Both the position numbers and the translations under genes were made by a program. A DNA stretch of 64,000 nt from the NCBI GenBank assembly GCA_043228905.1, contig JBHGNT010000017.1, forward strand, positions 9,858,001 through 9,922,000, written 5' to 3'. Below the pieces are notes generated by a model. It was not told where the DNA came from. It saw nothing but the letters and a program-made list of their open reading frames with translations, and did no database searches. This DNA comes from Azolla caroliniana. Its lineage: Eukaryota > Plantae > Polypodiophyta. How positions within the stretch are numbered: the first letter of the stretch is position 1; every line of letters starts with the position of its first letter. Positions 1 through 12,989 of the stretch are shown piece by piece.

Positions 1-898
1 GCATCCGGCTGTGCCACCGGATCTGTCCTAAGAATCGGCTTAGTGCTTTGGCCGTTTTCGGCGCCGGTGCCCCTAGTATCGCATTTACTTTGTCCGGGTC
101 GACCGCAATGCCCTCCTTACTTACAATGTGTCCCAGTAAGATTCCACTTGAAACCCCAAAGATGCATTTTGCTGGGTTTAAGCTTAGCCGGTATAACCTA
201 CACTTTTCAAGGCATAACCGTAGGTGCTGCAAATGGTCTTTTCCCCGGCTATAGACTGCAAAATCATCCAGGAACACCTGCATGAAGGCAGGAATGTATT
301 CGCCGAAGATCTCCATGATGATTCGCTGGAAAGTTGCTGGTGCCATTTTTAGGCCGAACATCATTACTTCGGCCACAAACACCCCCCATTCGGTGACGAA
401 CGCTGTCTTCTCCTGGTCGTCAGGGTGCATCCGGATTTGATTGTATCCGTTGAAACCGTCTAGAAAGCTATAAACTTCATGGCCGGCGACGGCATCCAGT
501 ACTCCATCCGTGAACGGAAGAGGGAATGCATCCGTAATTGTGGCTGCATTTAGTTTCCTGTAATCTACACACACGCGGATTTTACCGTTCTTCTTTGGGA
601 CGACGACGATGGGGCTCAGCCACGTCGCTTTCTTTACCGGCCGGATGAAGCCCACTCTTAGGAGTTTGTCGATTTCCTCCTTCACTTTGGCGGCGTTGTT
701 GGGGTTCATTCGGTAACGTCTTTGCGCCACTGGTTTCGCGTCCTGGCCTAAGTGGATCTGATGCTGATATAATTGAGGGTCCAGCCCTCGCATGTTTTCG
801 TATGACCAGGCGAATACGTCGCGAAACTCCGTGAGAAGTTTGATCATCGCCGCTTTATCTTCCGGCTTCATTTCTTTGGCGATGTGTACCGGCTTTGA

Positions 899-3760
899 TT
901 AGTCCTTGCTTCCTAGGTTCACTTCGTCGAGCTGGGATGCTTTTACTCGTTGGGAAACGACCATTTCCCGTTCCAACGCTTCCTGTGCTTGCCGTAATTC
1001 CCGAATCGCATCTTTGTCTGGTTCGGCTTCGGTTTCGTCCCGCTGCGGCAAGTATGGCACTACGGCTTCAGCCACGTCAATCTCGAAGAGTGGTACGATC
1101 TTCGGGTGTTCCTCCAAGTACTGGGCTTCTTCGTCGTCTGCCAACCCTTCAAGCATGTTCACACATTCCGCATACAGCGGTGTGCATTCCTTACCGTTGC
1201 TCGTCCGTGGTTGTGTCGGTACCCGGACCTTGGCTTTTCCGCGCCGGAAGGTAATCATATTTTTCCGCCAATTTTGCTTGATGTGTGCTGTTTTCAACCA
1301 TGGTCTGCCCAGCAATAGTGGGTACGCGCCTTGCGCCTGTAGCTGCAGCACTACAGCCGAGATGTGAAATGTGTGACCTCCTATGGTGACTTCCAATTTC
1401 CGTATTAAGCCCGTCGGCCGTACAGAGCTCGTATCCGCCATCCGTAGCCAGAACGGACATGGCTCCCATTCATGTATACCCACGGCATCGCACGTGCGGA
1501 GGCTTATTACGTTCACCCCGGAACCTCCATCGATTACTGTGCCGGGAAGTTCGTGCCCTTTGACAATAGCTGTAATCGCCGGACTACTAGTGTCCACCAC
1601 TGTCGGTCCCTCCTCCGGATTCGAGAAGAGGACTGGTGCCGGTGGGGCTATACCGTCTGTCATGCCCGTTTTTAGTCCTTCCGTAAATCGGGGCACGAGC
1701 TGCAAGAGTCTTCCTAACGGCAACGTGATCTGACATTCTTGCAGTGCTTGCCATGTCTCGTTTTCTGGGTGGCTACCGCCGGCACTCCCTATGGTATTCG
1801 CCTTTTGCCGTTCCGCGTCCGCGACGTTCCTTTCATTGGCTTCCTTCACCCATTCCGTCGCCTGTTTTCGTATGGCCTCTTGTGTTTCCCACTCTTTGGC
1901 CATGCCTTTCGACCGTGTGGTTACTTGCTGTATATCCGCCACTTCCGGAACCACCATATTAACTGCTGGTCGTTTCTCGTAGCTCTTTACCGGGCACTGG
2001 TTACTGTAGTGGCCTTCCTGCCTGCAGTAGTAGCAGTACTCTTTACGGGTATTGCTGGATTCAGCATTGCTGGTAGCCGGAGTCGGTCCCGTAGTGAGTG
2101 GTGCGTTCTGTGCCGGTTGGCTCCTTGGGGTTCCATGTTCCGGGTCCCTAGGGTGACCACCTTTCTTGAAATTACGTTTCTTATTATTCTTATTTTTATT
2201 TCGGTAGTCCTGTCGTGGTGGATCGTAAAATCGGCCGTAGTCCTCCTGGTGCCTTCGGTAACCAGGGGAATGGTCTCTGTCGTATTGCTCGTGTCGCCTG
2301 TTGGGCTCCCGATAACGGTCCGATCGCTCATACCGGTCGTAGTTATCATGCCGATTCCCGTACCGGCCATCATTCTCTTGTCTGTCTCCGTACCGGACAT
2401 CCTGTGCCGGTCGGTACCGGTTCATTTTTTGCCAACGATCTTCATCTTCGTCTCGGCTGCTTCTTGGCTCGATCCGTCGGACGGGTGGTGCTTGTCGGTT
2501 TAGCAGGTTATACTCGCACTGGTCCGTTGTATGACTCTTGGATTGGCAAATCACACACTGGGTTCGCATGGTGCACTCCACTGCCGAGTGTCCGGCATTC
2601 AAGCAGATTGTGCATTGAATTGCCTGCCGGAACCGGAGATCTTCCTCGGTGGGTAACGCCCGTTGCAATGTTCCCAGTGTAAGCCATGAGCTTGACTTTT
2701 CCATTTCTCTGACCCGGTCAATGACCTGGTCAATGGTGCTTCCGCGAAAGTCGATTACCGTACACACCGTGCGTAACGGTTCCCGGAGTGCGTTTAAAAA
2801 TATCGTCCGTAATTCCTCCTTCGGGGGTGCACGGGCAAGCTGGCTATGCATTCGTTGGAAACGGATGACGAATTGGGGAATGCTTTCCCCTGCCTCCTGT
2901 CGGATCGTATAGAACAGGCCCACCATTGTCGTCTGGTCGACCTCCTTGTGGAAAAAATGCAAGAATTTTGCTTTTAATTCTGCAAAGGTTGTGATGGTCG
3001 CCGGGTCCTGCGTCCACCGCCATCGTGTCGCTGGTCCTTCTAACGTGACCCCGAACTCCGCTATCTTCGAGCGTTCTTCTTCCTCCGGTGTCATTCGCTG
3101 GGACGTGTGATTTGCTTCCCATGTCTGCTCGAAGGCATGAACATGCGCTTCCGCGTCCGGATCATCGCGATACTTTGAGTATTGGAACGGCATGTCGTCG
3201 TCCAGTATTAGGCCGCGGTTTAGTGGCGTTTGTTGATATCTTTCCGGTTTTCTCTCCGGTTCCACTTCCGGTTGTTTTGCCGGTGCTTTTTCCGGTTCCT
3301 CTTCCGGTTCTTTTTCCGGTTCTTTCACCGGCTCGTCTTCCGGTGTTTGTGGGTTGACGGCTTCCGTTTGCGGTTCCGATTCTGGAGTCGGCACGGTATC
3401 CGACCCGTCGTCCTCCGGGCCGCCGGGGGTATCGTTGCTGCTCCGGTAGTTCGTGTGCACGCTGTATCCCCCTTCGGAATCCGATTCGTAGGCTGAAAAG
3501 GCTTCTGCCTCCATTTCTCCGCTTGCCAGCGCCTCGAGGAGGCGTTCGGTTTCCCGGAGACTACTTAGACTGCTTCCGTCGTCCTGGTCGCGAGTTTGCT
3601 GTAACTGAAGAGATTCCTCCGCGACTCTCCGGATCTCGTTGGAGAACGAACGATCCGAGCGAATTTTGTGCGCTGCTTGCTGGAAAGTCTCACGCCGTCT
3701 ATGCCGTTCAGCGAGGCGTCGAGCTCGGTCTGTAACCAAGTCGTGCGTTGGTCTAGTCAT
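899..3760 (-). pseudogene. gag: Gag (three CCHC knuckles) plus aspartic protease; premature TAA before RT
   Basis: 953-aa ORF with CTICLNAGHSAVEC, CVICQSKSHTTDQC, CYYCRQEGHYSNQC and VIDGGSGVN. The stop is TAA where copy B has GAA, so the family consensus is one continuous gag-pol ORF. Confidence 0.9.
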
Positions 3761-3811
3761 CCATTACCGTCGTTCGCTGCGAGAAAGCAGGAATCGTGGT
3801 CGCCAAAACTG

Positions 3812-4229
3812 TGTTATTCTCTGACCGGACAAGGCCTAACACAAGGTGTCACGGAGACACTTCACGAAAGGGTGATTACGGCATAGGATTAAGATTCAAC
3901 GATTACACCGACTTACGTAGGTTACACGATTAGAGTGCTTTGGTTAATTACACGCGTAAGATATAACAGTAAGTACAGAACGAAAATCAACACAGAAGTA
4001 TAAACACCATATGCTCTATTAATTATCCGCTGCGATTACAATGGGGTCCGGCCTTTAAATAGGTTTCCGGCCCGTAGTACAAAACGGTGCATATCGCACC
4101 TATTCGGGATCCGTCCGGATCTGGAACGGCATACCGTTTCCAGTCCGTCCGTCCACACTAGGCTTATTTACAACCATACTTAATTAATTCCTTCACTCTG
4201 TATTTTGGACTCCTTGCTGGCCGGTAACA
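3812..4229 (-). repeat. 5' LTR of Gypsy copy A
   Basis: TG...CA termini; closely similar to 40140-40558 in reverse orientation. Confidence 0.95.
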
Positions 4230-4779
4230 AGATCTCCCTCTCTCTTAGATCTCTCTTTGCTTCTCCTGCATTCATAGGTGTTCAAGTTGTGGCGACGCTT
4301 CAGACCGTTTGCACCTCCAGGCAACCACGTTTTGTGTTCGCTTTGAAGCTTTGGCAACCTCAGGGCGCTCTCTGCTCTCTTTGTCCCCTTTGTTGACTAT
4401 GTCCCCACCATCTTTTCTTGTTGGTTCTTGTTGTGTCACATCATCCAGAGCGAACAAGAGTTCTCTGCTCTTTGTTGTTGTTCTGACCCATCTACAGCAA
4501 ACATGCATTCTCTGTTCTTTGTTATTATTGTGACCCTTCTATGGTGTATCAGGCATTCTTTGCTCACATATGTCCCCTCTGCTTGTTGTGTTCATACCAT
4601 CTCTGCTCGATGTCCTTGTTGTGACCCAACATCACAACATCTATGTCTCCTCCTATTGTAGGTTTTGTTGCATGATCTACGACAAGTTGCTGGCAAATAA
4701 CTTGTGATGCTACCACATATTCATTGAGAAGCTTCAACTATTCGAGAAGAGGTATATTCTTGTTGATTTGGTTTGTAAA

Positions 4780-5680
4780 TGTTCTTGTTATGTCTGGTTT
4801 TTCAAATGTGCTCATTTGAGAGTCTTGTATAGAAATATGCTTGAGTCTTGTACATGCTCATTATGGTAAGGGGGGCTATGATTACGTGATGCTATTTATA
4901 TATTTTCTTCCTTAACATGTTCTTGTTGAGCATGTTTGTTGTTGTTCTTGCTCTTGATTTGTCTTGTTTTTCAAATGCATTCATTTGAGAGTCTTGTACA
5001 GAAATATGCTTGAGTCTTGTACATGTTCACATATGGTAAGGGGGCATTATGATGATATGATGTTATTTATATATTATCTTCCTCAACATGTTCTTGTTGA
5101 GTATGTTTTTCGTCTTGTTTTTCAAATGTGTTCATTTGAGAGTCTTGTAACATGTATATGGTTGAGTCTTGTACATGTTCACATATGGAAAGGGGTGCTA
5201 TGATGATATGGTCCTATGTATATGCAATGTTCCTCAACATGTTCCTATTGAGTATGTTTGGTGATGTTCTTGTTCTTGTTCTATCTATTGTTCTTGTTCT
5301 TCTTGTTCTTCTTGTTCTTGTTTTATCCAGTGTTCATCCAAGAGTTGAGATATGAATCTTGCACTTGTTGAGGCTTGGGAAAGGGTGCCTCATTTAGTAT
5401 TGTTGTGATGACATGTGCAAGAAGTGCTTTGTTCTTGATCTGGATTACTATGTCATGTTCTTATTGTTTTTGTTGATGTTGTGGCAATTGTTGTTCTTTT
5501 TTTTCTCAATGTTCACTTGTGAGTCGAGATTTAGTAATTTTGTGATGACAAGTATATGATTTGTTATTTTTGGAAAGGACTATTATGTCATGCTCTTGTT
5601 ATTGTTGGTGGTGTTATTGTTTTTGTGTAGTGTTCATTTGAGGGTCGAGATATGCTTGAATCTTGTACATGTATATGCTT
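4780..5680. repeat. Degenerate tandem repeat, ~150-170 bp unit
   Basis: TTTTTCAAATG...CATTTGAGAGTCTTGTA...GAGTCTTGTACATG recurs at ~4798, 4967 and 5117, with decayed copies further right. Confidence 0.75.
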
Positions 5681-6529
5681 GAATCTTCTTTGCTTCTTCT
5701 TCTTCTTGTTCGAAAGGGGGATGCTTGACTTAGTACTGCTATGTTGAAAAGTTGTTTTCTTGTTGTTATTCTTCTTGTTCGTGTTGATTTAGTATTGTTG
5801 TCTAGACATATTTATAGTTTGGTAATCTGTTGTGTGATCTAGGAATGGTATTTTGCTATGTATATTGACGTGTGAAGTACTAGTTTATAGCTATGTAAGG
5901 GAGTTAATACTATGTTGTGGAAGCTTTTTTAGAAGAAGAGTAGGAACTAGAAAAATGACAAAGAAGACACCCACGAAGAAGGCAGTAGTCAAAGATGAAG
6001 TGATGACACCCACAAAGGAAAGAATGTGGACCCCCCCATCAAAGAAAGTAAATAGACACACACCAAAGAAAGGGTGAAGCGCATGTGTTTTCGCATGTGA
6101 AGTTCAAGTGACATTGAAGTTGACTGGGAAGACTTTACTTGTCACTAGTCATCACATTATAGAGAGTCCTCCAGTACAAACACTGGCTTGAAGTCTAAGG
6201 ATGTCGGTGAGGATATCTCTCCTTTTACCTTCTATGGTTTATATTTTTCTCCTTTAGCTATTATGTTGTAGTTTGTGTCTCCTAGTGTAGGTGTGTATTC
6301 TGTGGCCTTGGATTCAGCCTCGAGGCTATGGATGTTATGATTACACCGCGTTTGCACACATATCACACGCTATGTGCTAAGTACCACTTTGAGAAAGTAA
6401 ATACATGTATGGACTGTAAAATTACTTTTGGAGTTGAATAATACTTAGATATGGGTTTCAAAGTTCACTCCTCTTGTATATGATACTGCTATTATGTTGT
6501 TTTGTATTTTCTGATTCCATTTTATAGTT

Positions 6530-7430
6530 GCTAGAATACATCCTATATTTAGGTGAGCTAGTACTAACATAGTACATACTTCAGTATGGAATTAGTATAC
6601 AATTGGTTTAGTACTAGAATCCATTCTATATTTAGGTGGGCTAGGATAGACTTATTGGTGTACTATTGGTGTAGTACTAGAATCCATTCTATATTTAAGT
6701 GAGGTAGTACTAACATAGTACACACTTCATTCTAGAATTAGTTGTAAATTTGATTTAGTACTAGAATACATATTTTTAGGTGGGCTATGACAAGCATTGT
6801 ACAAATTTAGGAGACCTTTAGGTGTACATTTGGTGTAGTACTAGTATCCATCCTATATTTAGGTGACCTAGTACTAACATAGTACACACTTCATTCTGCA
6901 ATTAGTTCTATAGTTGGTTTAGTACTAGAATCCATTCTATATTTAGGTGGGATAGGACAAGAATAGTACAAATTTAGGAGACCTTTATGTGTAGAGTTGG
7001 TGTAGTACACACTTCATTCTGCAATTAGTTGTACAATTGGTTTATTACTAGTATCCATTCTACATTTAGGTGGGCTAGGACAAGTATAGTAGACACTTCA
7101 AGAGACCTTTAGTTGTACAGGTGGTGTAGTACTAGAATCCATCTTATATTTAGGTGAGCTAGTACTAACATAGTACACACTTCTTTTTGCAACTAGTTGT
7201 ATAGTTGGTTGAGTACTAGTATCCATTCTATATTTAGGTGGGCTAGTACTTGCATAGTACACACTTCAAGAGACCTTTAGGTGTACACTTGATGTAGTAC
7301 TATAATCCATCCTATATTTAGGTGAGCTAGTACTAACATAGTACACACTTCATTCTACAATTAGTTGTACTGTAGGTTTAGTACTAGAATCTATTCTATA
7401 TTTAGGTGGCCTAGTACTAGCATAGTCTAC
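6530..7430. repeat. AT-rich tandem array, ~80-84 bp monomer with TAGTACTA palindromes
   Basis: TAGTACTAGAATCCATTCTATATTTAGGTG and CTAGTACTAACATAGTACACACTTC recur throughout. Confidence 0.85.
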
Positions 7431-7521
7431 AGAAGTAGAGGATCACGCCGATGTAACAGTAGGTAGGAGTGTGAACCTTAACCGTGTATGTTAATTGAGA
7501 TTGATATTGACACTGGTATTG

Positions 7522-7860
7522 TGTTACCCGGCCGGCAAGAAGGCTTAAGGATGTCCAGACCAGAGTGTGAAAGGAATAGTTTATTCGGGAAATGTTGTAA
7601 TTATTTTATTAATATGGACGGACGGACCGGAATCGGTATGCCGATCCGGATCCGGACCGATTCCGAATAGGTGCCGGTTGGCACCATTTTGTACTTCGCA
7701 CCGGAGACCTATATAAAGGCCCGGTTACAATGTAATTGACAACGGATAATTAATAGAACTTATTGCCTTAACCTTTCAGTATTGATTACCGTTCTGTACT
7801 CATTGTTATATCTTACGCGTGTTAATGACGTATTGCTAAGTAAGACCCATTGAACCTGTG
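7522..7860 (+). repeat. Truncated Gypsy LTR of a related subfamily, + orientation
   Basis: Starts TGTTACCCGGCCGGCAAG; shares TATGGACGGACGGAC, CCGAATAGGTGC and CGGATAATTAATAGA with the copy B LTR. Confidence 0.85.
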
Positions 7861-7861
7861 T

Positions 7862-10520
7862 GTGATCCAGTACGGTCCAGTCCATCTAAACCGTAGTTTG
7901 CCTGGCATTTTACCCATCCGGGTCTGGAACACTAGTATCGGCTTTCCGTCGTCGTTGTTCCAATTCCAGGTGCATGATGCTTGCCAGTCGGTGTTCTTCT
8001 AGTTCACACAGAGCCTTTAACTGAATTGCCTCCGATTCCTTTTCATTAAGTCGTTCCCGAATCTAGATCCATAAGCTCGGTACCTGGAACTCGACCGGCA
8101 TGACTGCCTCTAATCCGAATGCTAACCGGAACGACGTTGTTCGGATGCTTGTTTTGTACGCTGTCCGGGAAGCCCAGAGCGCACTGTGCAGCTTTGTGTC
8201 CCAATCTGTCCGATTCTCATTGAGATCTTGCGCAGGATATTCTGTATCGTTTTGTTTGTTGACTCAGCTAATCCGTTGGCTTGTGAGTAGTACGGGGTGC
8301 TCCGTTTATGTACTACCGCATAGAATGACGTCAAGCTCTCCACTACCTATCCAAGAAAGTGCCCTCCTTCGTCGCTTAACAGCTCTATGGGGCATCCGTA
8401 CCGGCACCAAATGTATTCATATAAGAATTTTGTCGTCGACGCCGCGGTGTTGTCTCATAGGGCTTTGGCTTCCACCCATTTAGTGCAGTAGTCCGTCGCG
8501 ACGATCACATACCGGTTGCCAGTTCTCATTGCCGGTGGTTTAAATGGTCCGACAAAATCCAGTCCCCATTTCTGAAATGGTTCTAGGGGTAGTACTAGCT
8601 GGTGCGGCATCCTAGCTTGTTCCGTTGGCTGGCCCATTTGCTGGCATAGATCACACTCTTTCGCGTACTGGACTGCGTCTTTCAATGTAGTCGGCCACCA
8701 TAGGCCACTTTGCCATATCTTCCTTGTCGTAGCATCCCCGGCATAATGGCCTCCGGCGACTCCGCAGTGTGCTTCCCGTAGTATTACCTCTTTCTCGTCG
8801 TTGCACACCGCTCGTCGCCATATACCATCCGCACCTTTGTGGTATAGCGTGTCCCATAATAAACAGAAGTGTCGGTTTTGTACTGCTAGGCGTTTCCTCT
8901 CGTCCCGGTTCATCTCCTCTGGAGGCAATCCGGTGCTCAGAAATTGGTGCATATTTGTTAGCCACTTATCTTCTGGTGCCACCGTTTCATCTGTTGCCGT
9001 TTCCGCGATGACTGGAAATAGCTCAGTATCCGGAAACTCGTCCGGTACTCCTTCGCCGGTTTCGCCGGAATCTAACCAGCTTAAATAATCTGCTACCATG
9101 TGCTGTATGTCGGGTCAGTGGAATATCTCGAATTCGAATTCCTGTAATAGCAAAGTCCACCGGGCCAACTTACCGGTAAGTGACGCTTGGACACTAGGTA
9201 GAGGAGTGCCAAATGATCTACATGGAAGAAAAACTTTCTTCCCAATAAATAATGCCTGAATTTTGTTACGCTGTAGATCATGCCTAAAGCTTCCCTTTCC
9301 GTGGTGGAATAATTTCGTTCGGCTTGGTATAACTTCCGGCTTGCGTAATATACGGGCCGGTACCATCTTGGCTCCGTAAGTTGCATCAGCGCACTCCCGA
9401 TTGCAATGTCGAACGCATCCACGAACACATGAAATTCCCTAGCCCAATCCGGGGGTTGCACTACCGGCGCTTGCGACAATAGAACTTTGAGTGCCCGGTA
9501 CGCCTTGTCTTCAGTGTCGGTCCACTAGAACGGTGTTCGGTGTACCGCAACATGCAGTGGTGTAGCAAGATCCGCCAAGTACCGGAGCATTCGGCTATGC
9601 GGATTTGGCCTAAGAAACGGCTCAATGCCTTTGCCGTTGTTAGCGCCGATGCCTCCAGGATTACTTTTACTTTGTCCGGATCCATGGCGATGCCCTCCTT
9701 GCTCACAATGTGCCCTAGTAGCGTTCCGCTGGACACGCCGAATACACACTTCGCCGGATTCAGGCTTAGCCGGTAAGCCCTACACTTTTCTAGACACAGT
9801 CGGAGGTGCTGAAGGTGGTCTCCTTCCCGACTGTAAACGGCGAAGTTGTCGAGGAACACCTGCATGAATGCCGGTATGAATTCTCCAAATATTTCCATGA
9901 GGATCCTCTAGAACGTTCGGCCATTTTCTCCTGGTCATCGGGGTGCATCCGGATCTGGTTGTATCCGTTGAATCCGTCTAAAAAACTGTATACCTCATGG
10001 CTGGCGACTGCATCCAAAACTCCATCCGTAAATGGAAGTGGAAATGCATCACTTACCGTCGCCACATTAAGCTTCCGGAAGTCGACACATACTCTAATTT
10101 TGCCGTTTTTCTTTGGTACGACTACTATCGGGCTCAACCATGTAGATTTCTTTATGGGACGGATAAAGCCAACTCTCAGCAACTTGTCGATTTCCTCCTT
10201 GACTTTGGTAGCGTAGTTTGGATTCATCCGGTACCGTCGCTGTGCTACCGGTTTGGCGTCTTTGCTCAAATGTATCTGATGCTGATATAGCTAAGGATCG
10301 AGCCCTCTCATATCCTCGTAGGACTAGGCAAACACATCTCGAAACTCTTTGAGAAGTGTAATCATCGCCATTCTGTTCTCCGTAGTCATTTCCTTGGCTA
10401 TCTGCACCGGTCTCACCTCTTCCGTAGTTCTTAGATTTACCTCCTCTAGTTGGGATGCTTTAACCCGTTGTGATACAACCATTTCTCTTTCCAACGCTTC
10501 TTGTGCTTGTCGTAGCTCCC
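7862..10520 (-). pseudogene. pol: Degraded Gypsy pol (RT, RNase H, integrase), copy D, diverged subfamily
   Basis: ORF fragments 9790-10269 (RT), 9093-9479 (RNase H) and 8455-9099 (integrase HHCC and core); RFRWTGPYWIT near 7865. Confidence 0.92.
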
Positions 10521-11571
10521 ACGTGGTGCAAGGCCACCGAGGCATATTTGCACCATCTCATCATCCTCCACATTGATGCTTATTGAGTGGAGCAAGTCAC
10601 AAATCTCCTTGATCTTCAAGGTGTAGCTTGTGATGGACATATCCCTTTGTTGGATGTTGTTCAACTCTTGGCGGAGTTGAAGCTTTTGTGTCATCGTGTT
10701 GGCGGCAAATATCTTCTTGAGATTCTCCCATGCTTCCTTCGGCGTCTCGGCTTCTCAAATGTAGCGAAGCATGTGGTCAAGAACACATGTAGGCAAGAAA
10801 TACATCACTCGGCTTGCAACTTTCTCCCATGTTCAGTAGTTGGTGTCATTCGGGTTGGGTCGATTTGCTTATGCTCCTTTGATGTAGCACCAACAGCCTT
10901 GACTGACAAGGTATTGGTGCATCTTGTACTCCCAAGATGCAAAGTTGTTTTTATCCAACTTCTCGCTAGGGAGAGCGCTCCCCATTTGAGTATTCATTGC
11001 GATGAACATCTCCTTCTTCTTTTCCTTCTCTCTTGAACATGAGCTATGTAGTCGCACTACAATATTGATGAGCCAATTCTTCTTGAATGCAACGCACGTG
11101 GATGGCTAGATCGAGCTACCAAACCGCATTGATACCATGTAAAGAATCGGATATGATTCTTGTGTAGTGGAAGAGATGTGAGTTATGTGTATGTGTGAGA
11201 GGAAAGAGAGAAGAGAAGACAAAACACCAGATAGAATAGATATTTGGAAAAATAGAATACTCAAGAAGAAGGTGTATATTCACAAGGAGTATATGAGATA
11301 CAAAGTGTAGCATTACAAGGAGTCACAACCGACCCTCTATGAAGTAGGAGGGTGCTTTATATAAGGTCACCCTCTCTCTTCACTAACTCACTACAACAAC
11401 CACTCTCTCTCTAGAACCTTGACGAATGTGAGGACTCATTAGTGATGGGGAATATGGAACTCATTAGTTATGTGTCATATAATATGATTCTATGACACAT
11501 AGTTAATGTGTAGAGAGTGGTGTGACTCTTGACCTTTGAGTGCTCATAGATTCTCAAAGGGTGTGTTCACA
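10521..11571 (-). mobile_element. 5' fragment of a Ty1/Copia element (LTR ~11138-11571, Met-type PBS, gag N-terminus)
   Basis: PBS GCATTGATACCA at 11126-11137 (tRNA-iMet-like); gag motifs EKLDKNNFASWEYKMHQYL and KLQLRQELNNIQQ. The outer LTR end is approximate. Confidence 0.85.
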
Positions 11572-11579
11572 CACAATGT

Positions 11580-11841
11580 TAGGTTGAGCTTGATTGTCAA
11601 CAATTAGTAAGGTCAAATCACTCCTATCTGGTAGATTCGAAATGAAAGATATGCACGAGCCCCATTACTTCCTCTATATCGAAGTATTTCAGACACCATT
11701 TGGGACACTAATCTCCCAACGACACTACATTCTCAACTTACTCTACAAGTTCGGGATGACTGAGTGCAAACCAACCCACCTCAATCGAAACCTTAAGCTC
11801 AATGTTGATTCAGGGACAGAAGAGTATGAGCCAACTGAGTA
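11580..11841 (+). pseudogene. Copia RT fragment (element F, part 1), interrupted by the LINE
   Basis: FEMKDMHEPHYFLYIEV...ISQRHYILNLLYKFGMTECKP; the reading resumes at 18360. Confidence 0.85.
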
Positions 11842-11899
11842 GTTTTTTTCTTCAAAGAAAACATATCCTTCCAGTAGTTTTAAAAAGCATATCAGCTAC

Positions 11900-12900
11900 A
11901 AAATACAAAATGATGGAAAGGAAGTGATTATTCTTCCCCAACCCGTCTTGTGAAGACAATAACTAGCCATGAATCCTTTGTTTGATAGAGCACTTCCTCA
12001 ATAGTTGAAACATACCATGAATTTGCATATGATCAAACCAAATCAACCTTCCTCATCATGTTCATATTCAACATATCCAGATACCACCTTTGGGTCAACA
12101 CATGCATCTAATATACCGCCACATTTACAATGACCAAGAATCCTCTATTTTCCATATTCAACATAAAACTCAAGCAAAGCATTATGGTATAGAGGTCATT
12201 TTGTATGCCTCAATCTAGCATGTATGAACATGCCTTCATGTAAAGCCATGTGATCAACACCCACCTTAAGGGATCTCATATGCATCTAATAAACTTCCAC
12301 ATGTTGCATACAAATCAACAGTGCTTCTAATGAGCGTATTCAAGTTGATACCTAGTTGAGCGATGGCAATATGGATTTCTTTTCTCTTCTTTTAATTCAG
12401 ATGTGTTTGAACATGAAAATCACATCTTCAATGCAAGATTTGAAGAGCAATGACACCATTCATCACATAAGAAGAAACAGACTTCTTCTGAATGCAATGT
12501 TCCAAACCCTTTTCCTTTCTTTTGACTCAGATGTGTTTGAACATGAAAATCACATCTTGAATGCAACATTTGAAGAACAATGACATTATCCATCACATAA
12601 GAAGAAATAGACTTCTTCCGAATGCATACATAAGAGCATCCACCCCACCTATTTCAATGACTCCATCCATCTCATAAGAAGAAATGGGATTCTACATACA
12701 TATCATTTAGCATATTAGTAATTACAAGATCATGTTCCAAGCCCTATTTTTAGATTTCACTTCTTATCCTTCTTCTACTACTCGAAGGGAAAATTTCCAA
12801 ATAAGCCATGTTGCCATAATTTCTTGTAATATAATCAACAAACCGGAAAATAAATATGGAAGGTCTTTCTTGTCCCAAGCCATGAGATTGCACAAAATTT
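11900..12900 (-). pseudogene. Degraded PLS-class pentatricopeptide repeat (PPR) gene fragment inside the LINE 3' end
   Basis: Manual translation gives GLEHDLVITNMLNDMY, TVDLYATCGSLLDA, ALHEGMFIHA, NALLEFYVEYG, KCGGILDA, SGYVEYEHDEE and FDHMQIHG. Confidence 0.65.
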
Positions 12901-12989
12901 CAGTTATTTCTTTCTTTTAAACAACTCATAGGTTGTCATTGACATGCATAACTCCCAAGATAGTACCAATAACAATTGAAATATCCACA

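Larger units (their letters stand above)
1..4229 (-). mobile_element. Ty3/Gypsy non-chromovirus (Athila/Tat-like) LTR retrotransposon, copy A; 5' part only, continues off the window start
   Basis: 5' LTR 3812-4229 (reverse complement of the copy B LTR), PBS TGGCGACCAC, gag-protease ORF 899-3760, and RT motifs below 898 (WLSPIVVVPKKNGKIRVCVDYRKLN, VFLDDF). Confidence 0.95.

Noticed and set aside
1739-2503. Long antisense ORFs over gag, conserved between copies (also 41899-42663)
   Set aside because: Shadow frames; their conservation follows from the near-identity of the copies.
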